Below, piece after piece: positions 49,449 through 59,100 of a DNA stretch of 63,799 bases. Source of the stretch: Elusimicrobiota bacterium (lineage in GTDB: Bacteria > Elusimicrobiota > UBA8919); NCBI GenBank assembly GCA_016218625.1, contig JACRDL010000045.1, positions 1-63,799 on the forward strand. Reading direction: 5' to 3'. Each line of letters begins with the position of its first letter. The stretch's first letter is position 1. A model generated the notes under the pieces. That model was not told where the DNA came from, did no database searches, and was given only the letters and a program-made list of their open reading frames with translations. Made by a program: the position numbers and the translations under genes.

Positions 49449-49772
49449 ATGATTGGAAAAGAAAAAATAGACGAAATAGTTAAAAAAATTGTTGAAAATG
49501 TAAAACCGGAGAAAATTGTTTTATTCGGTTCATATGCTTATGGTAATCCGGCAAAGCACAGCGATTTGGATTTGTGTGTGGTTGTAAATGAGGATATTAT
49601 TAAAAATCCTGATATTGGCTGGGAAATAAGAAAATTATTTTGGGGTTGGTTAATTCCAATGGATATAATTACATACTCTCAAAAAGAGATTAATGAATGG
49701 AAAAATGTAAAAATGGCATTTCCTACTACAATTATGAGAAAAGGCAAAGTGCTATATGAAAAACAACAATGA
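49449..49772 (+). CDS. MNT-type nucleotidyltransferase (antitoxin of a HEPN/MNT module)
   Basis: IVLFGSYAYGNPAKHSDLDLCVV. Confidence 0.8.
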   Translation: MIGKEKIDEIVKKIVENVKPEKIVLFGSYAYGNPAKHSDLDLCVVVNEDIIKNPDIGWEIRKLFWGWLIPMDIITYSQKEINEWKNVKMAFPTTIMRKGKVLYEKQQ

Positions 49773-50151
49773 TTTAGTCAATGAATGGTTTAAAAAAGCA
49801 GATGAAGATATTCTGACTATTGAAAATAACTTAAAAGCGGAAAAGATACCAACATCAACCGTTTGTTTTCATTCTCAGCAATCTGCTGAAAAATATTTAA
49901 AGGGTTATTTGTCATATAAAGAAATAGAATTTGAATTTGTGCATGATATGGAATATTTAATTAATCTGGCAACAGAGAATGAAAAGAAATTTGAAGAATT
50001 AATTGAAGTAGTTAAAAAATTAGATAAGTATTCTGTAAAAATAAGATATTCATATTTTTATACACCGACATTGGAAGAAGCAAAAGAATCTTATGAAATG
50101 GCAGTAAAAATCAGAGATTTTGTGTTAAGTTTATTAAAAGGGAAAATGTAG
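49756..50151 (+). CDS. HEPN-domain protein (toxin of a HEPN/MNT module)
   Basis: WFKKADEDIL...CFHSQQSAEKYLKGYL...H. Overlaps the MNT gene by 17 nt. Confidence 0.8.
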   Translation: MKNNNDLVNEWFKKADEDILTIENNLKAEKIPTSTVCFHSQQSAEKYLKGYLSYKEIEFEFVHDMEYLINLATENEKKFEELIEVVKKLDKYSVKIRYSYFYTPTLEEAKESYEMAVKIRDFVLSLLKGKM

Positions 50152-50158
50152 AATTTTT

Positions 50159-53100
50159 ATGAAAAATAGTATGAAAACCAGAACCGTCCCGATAATTTCC
50201 CTTTGTAGTCGCAGAGTTTACTCTGCTTTCTTGTCATTGCGAGCGATAGCGAAGGTTGTCATTGCGAGGGCGAAGCCCGTGGCAATCTCTGTGTTTGTTC
50301 TGCGTCAGTTCCGCGTTCTGTTCCGCGTCTGTTCAGCGGTCTTAATAATTTCCTCCGTCCCCATTAGTTTATATGCTTGGGTAAAATATTCGGGAAATCC
50401 TATCCTGATTCACGAAAATGTTGGGGCACGGTTTCCAACAACGCTGAAAGAAAATAATACATATTATCTATTCTATGGCGAGTTAAATGTTGGCGACAAT
50501 GCAATGTGGGTAAACCTTGCAACTGCAACTGCTGTTACAGGTCCATATGGCAAATATGGAACCGTTCATAATATAAATTTACAAACATGGATGTCCCATG
50601 CTGTTTATCCCGGGTGTGTGCTTAAAGTTGCAACAACTTACTTTATGTACTATCATGGTGATGATGCGAACCTTGACCCCAACCGATATATCGGGGTTTC
50701 TACAAGTACGAATCTGTACAACTGGTCACCACATTATAATAATCCTGTCTTAAGTACAGGCCTCGCGGGGTCGCCAGATTCTCAAATGGCTACAAATCCA
50801 AGTGTAATCTATAAAGACAGCCAGTTTATTATGTGGTATATTGGTTATAATGGAAGTGTTAATTCGGTATGTCGTTCAACCTCAACAGATGGATACAACT
50901 GGGAAAAATATTCAGGAAATCCTGTTCTTTCCCCAAACGGTGAGGAAGTAAATATAGAAGATGTTAGTGTTATATTTGATACCGCAACCGCAAAATACAG
51001 AATGCTTTACGACAAAGCAGATAATAATATAAGATATGCAGAATCTACTGATGGTATAAACTGGGTGAAAAAATCCAACAATCCTGTTTTGGTGGGCGGA
51101 CCATCAGCATGGGATGCTCAAAGATCAGTCATGGCAAATTTTCTTAAAGATGCTACTACTGGTTATGTAATGTGGTATTGGGGATACCCTAACGAAGATA
51201 TTGGTTTTGCTAATAATCCCGAACCTGATGCTATTACAAATCTTTCAGCACTTACAGGTCAAAATTTTAATGAGATAAAATTAAGTTGGACAAGTCCTGG
51301 CGCTAATTATGATTTGGACTCACTTCCATCAGGCAGTCAATACAAAATTCAGTACTCATCATATTCGATTAATTGGTCAACTGCTTCAGCCAATCTTACC
51401 ATTTCAACTTCTGCTGTTTCGCCAGGAAGTTTACAATCATATACCCTAACCGGTTTAATAGGAGGGGCAACTTATTACATTAGAATTTGGACAGGCGATG
51501 AAACACCAAGTTGGTCTGACCTATCTAATGATGCAACTGCACAAGCAAAACCTGACAACACACCACCGGCGGGGATTAGTAATTTGACCGCGTTAAAGGG
51601 AGCGAATGCGGGACAAATTGTTTTACAATGGACATCGCCAGGTGATGACGGAACGGTCGGCAATTTAACGGGGCAGTTTGAAATTGAATACACCACAGGC
51701 GGAATAATAACGAACGCCAATTATTATTCTCCGCCGCCGCAAATGACATCAATAAGTATTTCAACGAGTAATCTTGCACCGCTGACCGCATGCACCACAA
51801 CGCTTTACAACTTGTCGCCAGGGGCGACATACTACTTTGCAATCAAGTCAAAAGACGATGTCAACAACATATCGGTTTGGAACTCCTCTGCGGATGTTTC
51901 AGGCGTCAACACCGCCGCCTTCCTTTATATACCGTTCATTGCCAAATCAATGTTTACCGGGAATTGGAATGTTCCGGGCACATGGGAAGGGAATGCGGTT
52001 CCGTGGGCAAATCAGGGAGTAGAAATTAAAAGCGGTAATACAGTTACTTTTAGCACGACTAATGCGTCGGTTACTTGCTCAACACTTACAATTTTGGGAA
52101 CTTTGCAGTTTGACGGAGCGGTTGCCAATCGGTCAATGGTTGTAGCGGGTAACATTGACATCCAGAATGGAGGTCAATTTTTGATGCCGCCGAATACGGG
52201 TTATATTTCAACACTGAAAATCAGGTGCGATACTGCCGGTCAGTATGGAATAATCGTCAATAACGGCGGAAAGTTTGATGTTCAGGGCAACACCACAACA
52301 ACGCCATCAACGAGAAATTGCCTAATCGCATCAGACAACCCGTCATACAAAACATACATCCGAAACCTTTCACTAACAGAAGCAAATTTTAATATGTATT
52401 ATGTAGAAGTAAGCAGCGTTGGAGTGGATGCTACATCAAAAGGGGGAATAACTTTTGATGGTGCCGGAACAAGAGGAAAAATCAATTATTGCAGTATTCA
52501 TAATGGGTATATTGGCATTTATCTTAACTCCAGTTCCAGCAACACAATAAGCAATAACAATTGTTACTCAAATACTCAATATGGCATTTACTTTTACAAC
52601 AGTTCCAACAATACAATAAGCAATAATAGTATCTATGCAAATTCTTATTATGGCATTTATTTTTACAACAGTTCCAACAACACTATAAGCAATAACAGTT
52701 GTTACTCAAACTCTCAAAATGGCATTTACATTGATTCCAGTTCCAACAATACTTTGAACAATAACAGTTGTTATTCAAATACTCTATACGGCATTTACTT
52801 TGTTGGCAGTTCTAATAACATAATGAGCAATAACAATTGTTACTCAAATGCTCAAAGTGGCATTGTTTCAGGTAATAATTCCATAAATAATACAGCAGTG
52901 AAATGTGAATTGAGCAATAACACAAATAGTGATATTCAGTATATCAATGGTTCTGTTTCCAAACTAACCTTAAAAAATTGTAATTTATATTCTTCAACGA
53001 AAGTCAATACGACAGGAATAAATACTGCGGGGTCATATCTTGTTTCGTATAATCAGGACGGGACACAGGGGACGACGAAGATTTGGGGCGATTACCATAT

Positions 53101-56100
53101 TGGAACAGGGCAAGCCCTGTCACTCCAGAAATTCAATTACGCAGAACCCTTATATGTTTCAACCGCAACCCTGCCGAATTCTACATTATCAGGCACCGGT
53201 TCAATTACATATCCGACGACTATTAGCAGTCAAACGCTGACAGAATTCTGGGAAGTGAAATTTAATGGGTCGTCTTTTGATGTCCGAAGAGGAACTTGGT
53301 CTGTTCTTACAAATGATGGCACGGCATCTGCTGCAGGAGTGCCTTATACAAGCACAACAAGAGGAGTGAGTTTTGCAGCAAACGGCACTTTCATATTAAA
53401 TGATGCGTTTTATTTTGTAACGATTTCTTCTTCCGCTGATATGAATGTTCAGAAAAAACTGGAATTCAGCGATTCGCCGATCGGGACAAAACTTACCGTT
53501 GATAACGGCGGGACAATCCAGATGCTCGGCACTTCTGCTAATCCCACAATTTCCACAAATGCAGTCGGAAGCACTTATTACGGATTTCAATCGTCAGGCA
53601 CGCTTAATTTGAGCAATTATGATATTTTCAATTTGAAATCATCCGGTCTGGAGATTTATCCGAATGCGAATGTCGTTGATTTAAGCACCGGCACTTTTGA
53701 TAACAGTCAGGGCGGCGCCGGTTCAAGTTGTATCAATGTGAACGGAATAACATCAAACAAGACATTTTACGGTTGTAAATTTAATGCTCCCGCGGACTAT
53801 AATGTCAAAGCCGATGGTGCGGGTATCAACTGGACGTTCCTCAACTGGTCGGGAGTAAGGGCGGGCGAAAATTATGATTATGAAACAAACGGAGCGCAAA
53901 TAAAATGGGATGCTACTCCGCCGACGATTACGGATTTGCAAGGCGGGGATGATGTTGTAAGGAACGCGGGGGGGACGGCTTATAATGTTGATTTTAATGA
54001 TAATGACAAGTTGGATACGATTCAATACAGGGTGACAACGCTGCCGTCTATTTCCGGCGGCGGAACGGAAATCATTCCGTGGACAAATATAGCGGTGAAC
54101 ATAGGAGCAAGCTCCTATACTACAGATTGGCAGGTTAATTTTGCGGCACTTCAATCGCTTCCAACCACCAACTATGTTTCCGTTCGCGTCTGGGATGTCG
54201 CAGGAAATACTACAACTGTCAACGATGTTTTTTATGTGATGAAAGACACCGTTCCGCCGACCTCCGGGGTTTCAAGTCCTGTTGATGCTATAAATGTGCA
54301 AACGCTTACAACAATTTCCGGCACCTGTGCTGATAATTACAGTGTAGGTAACGTTAATATACAGATAAAACGATTTTCAGATGGGCAGTATTGGGATGGT
54401 GTTAGCAAAGTTTGGACTACTGTTATGTGGAATGCTGCTTCTTCAACTTATCCATCATGGTGGACATATACGCCTCTTACCGATGCATATCTTACACCCG
54501 GCACATCCTACCAGATTCGTACTTTTGCAGTTGATACCTTAAATAATAATGAAACACCCGGTGCCGGCATCACATTCACATATAAAACGAAAAAAACGAT
54601 TTCATCTGGCAACTGGACAGATGCTGCGACATGGTCAGGCGGACAGCAGCCGCTTGATGGCGATGCGGTCTTTCTAAAACCGTCGTGGGCAGTAACCTTA
54701 AATGCCAACACATCCAACCTTTATTCTTTGACGATAGAAGACGGTGCGAAACTTGGCAATACAAGTTATCAAATCAACATTTCCTCCTTTGACGGCGGCG
54801 GGATTTATAATTATGGGACGCTTGATTATAATACATCCGGTGCTCTTAATATGAAAGGAAACAAAGTTGTCGTGTCAACGGCCACCAGCCAGCAGATATG
54901 CAATGATTTTTATGTTCTTACCGGTGCGACAATTACTCTTCAGTCGGACATCACTGTCGGCGGTATCAGAATTGAAAATGGCGGGAAACTGGATTCAGCC
55001 AGCAAACAAATCACACTAAAAACAGGCAGTTGGAACATGCTAAGCGGAGGAACATTTTTAGCGGGGTCATCAACGGTGACATTCGCCGGAGGAACGGGGT
55101 CCCCTCAGGACATCAATTTTCTCAGCAACTTACCTCAAAACTTCGCCAATTTAAGAATCAATAATGGCTTTTCCGTTGTCCCATATGGGGCACTTGACAT
55201 CAATGGAGACTTTACGATTCAGAGCGGAACATTTGTCGCAGGTAATTTTGAACACTTTATTTCAAGCAATTTCACTCAGACCGGCGGCGGGTTTGAAGCG
55301 AACACATCCACAATAACATTTGACGGTTCAGGATTACGAACAATTTCTGTATTAGCAGGCACTTCTTTCTACTGTTTAAAAAATACAGGAATCACCGGTA
55401 GTACTTTGAGACCGCTTTCTAATTTAGATATAAACGGTGATTTTACGCACGCAGGGACGGGTTCGTTTGATTTTGGAAACTATACTTATAATTTTGCAGG
55501 TAAAGTTTCTGTATTATCCGGCGCGAGTTATGGCGGAAGTTCTAAATGGATATATGACGGCATAACACAACAAATTGGTCACACCAGTGGAGATATCATT
55601 ATTGTAAAAAATCCCGCCGTATTAAAATTTACTGCAACACCATTGCTCAGATCTATTAATATAGACCCGGGCTGTTCAGTTGATGCAACAGGACTAAATC
55701 TGCAACTTCGAGAAAGTTTCACCAGTTCGGGAACTTTTATAAATAGCGGCTCAACAGTAACATTTGAGACATATTCTGGTAATGGGTCAATCTGGACAGT
55801 GGCGTCATCAACATTTAATAACGTAACGATACAGAAACCATCAATAACTGATATCGTGACCGCACTTACTTCTTTAAATATCGGCGGGTGGCTGAAAGTT
55901 AATTCCGGCACACTTAATATGGGTTCTACAATTCATACGATTCAAGGCAATACAACCATCAGCGGTATTCAGTCACGGCTGGACATCGGCTCGTCCACGA
56001 CTACGCTTGTAGGTGCGGTTAATGTGCTGAACGGAGGCACGCTTTTACTACCTAATGCCACACCCAACCCTGTTCTTAAACTCGGAGTGCCGGGAGCAAA

Positions 56101-59100
56101 TTATCTGAATGTTGACAGCGGCGGATTTTTCATTTCGCAATCATCAAATAATTTAATTACTTCAACCAATCCCGGCGGCACACGATACACATTCAAGTGC
56201 TATGCTTCCACTCTCAACATAACAGGCGCTACTTTTGAGTCGCCATGTTGGGAGGATGACGCACTGTTTATATCAAGCGATACAAAAATTGTCAATTTGA
56301 ACAATGTGAACTTTAAATCATTAGTATCAACAAGTAGGGCGATTACACTTGGTTATACAACTATTCCGGGAACTTTTACATTCACCGGACATCAGTTTGA
56401 TTCAACTGTGAATACAAATGTTAATGCACCTAATTTAACCAGCGGAATTGTAGTGATGCAGGATGCAACCGGTGCAAAAGCAGGCGCTGCCTACGAATGG
56501 GACAATAACGACAGGGTTTTCTGGCAGCCGGGCGATTCAATTTCGGTTGTTAAACCGGCCGGCGGCGAAATTTATGTGGTTGGGACATCAACGCCGATTT
56601 TGTGGAATACAAATGGGTCAATCAAAAATGTCCGACTTGAGTATTCAAAAGACGATTTCGCCACAGCGGGTATTTTTATAGCGAATGTGTCAACCTCGGC
56701 GAGTTTCGGAAGTTACAACTGGACAATTCCGAATGATGTTTCAGCCACTGTGAAGGTTCGCGTATCTGCATTGAATTATTCTGCGATATACAGCAATTCA
56801 ACTTCAAACTTTACAATCCAGCAACCCGTTGCGGCGCCGTCAAATCTGAAGGTCTCGTTATTAGGCACGACATCAATCCAGTGGCAGTTCACGGATAATG
56901 CTACAAATGAGACAGGGCTGTATATTTCCAGCGGCGCAAATGTTTCAATGCGGCTGTCAAATAATTTAGGACCATTGACCGGCACCGGCTTAACGACGAG
57001 TTGGTTTGAAATAAATCTTTCAACAAATACTCAATACACAAGGTATGCGGAAGCGGTCAATGCCGGCGGAAGCAGTTGGTCAGCCGTAATTTCATCATAC
57101 ACCGCTGCGGCTGTGCCGAAAGGGACAAAAATAATTGCCCGCTCATCATACAGCGTAGAACTTGATTGGCAGCCGAACGGCAACCCTGAACCCGGTACCG
57201 GTTACGATGTCTGGTCTTCAAGCGTATCGGACTTTTATAATTACACAGCTGTAGGTGCTTCAACAACATCTTATGTCGTTGCCAATTTATTGGCAAACAC
57301 AACATACTATTTCAGAGTTCATGCAATGAATGAGGATTTGGTTCAAACTGATGATGATATAACAATATCAACTCAAACACTTAAGGCACAGGCGTCAAAA
57401 CTTGTGGTGGTTGCGCCTGGCGAGACATTTACGGATGGTGTAGGCAAAGCGGGGGCACCGACGAGCCAAACAGCGGGGGTTTCATTCACAATCACAGTTA
57501 ATGCTGTTGGGATTACTAACTGGATAGACCCGACAGCAAATCAGATAACAACCGTAACGACAACAGATAATTACGACACGGAGCCGATAAATCGGCAACT
57601 ACAGAACGGGACAACAACATTTGATATAACGCTTGTAACGGCGAAGGTGTCGTCGGTAACTGCGAGTGCAACCGGGATTACTGCCGGCAGTTCGTATCTT
57701 AATGTAGTTGCTGGGTTACCCAGCAAATTACAAGTGCTCGTTCCCGGTGAAACAGTAGTTTCTGGCTCTGCAACAGGTAAGACGGGCACACCGAACAATC
57801 AGCAATCAGGCGCCGCTTTCAATATCACAGTGAATGTTGTTGATAGTTATTGGAATCTTGTTACCTCAACACAGCCGACGGTTAAAATTGTAACAAGCGA
57901 CCCGGTGGATACAGAGCCGATAAATCGGCAACTACAAAACGGCACAACCACATTCATGGTAACACTTATTACACTTGGCAATACGACAATCACAGCGAGT
58001 GATGTAAGTTCTACATTAACACAGGATATTTCACCGAGTATAACAGTGAATACGGAAAGCACGCCGCCGACGGTGGCGATAATAGAGCCGGCAAACAATT
58101 CTTACAAAAACTCACTTACCTCAATTTCCGGCACTGCTGCGGATAATGTTTCCGTGTCGTCGGTAACGATACGGATAAGTGATGGTTCGCAGGATTGGGA
58201 TGGTGTTAGTGCGTGGACAGTACCATCAATATGGCTTGGTGCGACGCTGTATCCATCTTCATGGACTTATACAAGTGTTCCTTCTTGGGTGAGTGGTTCA
58301 TCATATACAGTAATAGCAAAATCAAAGGATTCATCAGACAACTGGTCCACTGCATACTCTACAAATACATTTACATATGATACAACTGCGCCGACATCTG
58401 CGGTAGTAAATCCTGCGGATGGTTCTACAATAAGTTCGCTTGGCACGATTTCGGGGACAGCAACTGACAATGTAGGGCTGAACAAGGTAGAGGTCGCATT
58501 TATGCGACTTTCTGATAATCAATACTGGACAGGTGGTGCTGGTTGGAGTGTAGAGACATGGCTATCAGCGACGGGCACAAATCCGTGGCAATACACAGGG
58601 ATTACAAATGGTGATTTAACCGATAACACATCATATCAAATAATAAGCAAAGCAACTGATTTAGCGAACAATGTTGAAACACCTGGAGCTAGAATCAAGT
58701 TCACATACTTACAACCACCGAATGCACCGACTGCATTTACAATTTCAGATAGAGGCACAAATTATCTGTACTGGGGTTGGTTTGATAATTCAACTAACGA
58801 GTCAGGGTTCAGGTTAAGGAATTCAACAGGCGGATTAGTAGCGGAGTTATCAGTGAATACGACATATTATCTTGAGAGCGGGCTATCTGTGAATACTTCA
58901 TACTATCGTTATGTGGAATCATATAATGCAAATGGAAGCAGTGCAAGCACTGCGGCTACATATTATACATCAGCCAATCCACCTTCAGGAACCTCTGTGG
59001 TCTCTGTGTCCTCTGTGGTGATTTCGTTGACTTGGTCATCAAATAGCAATCCTGCTTGGACTGATTTCTTTGTGCAGCGGGCAACGAGTAGTGATTTTGG

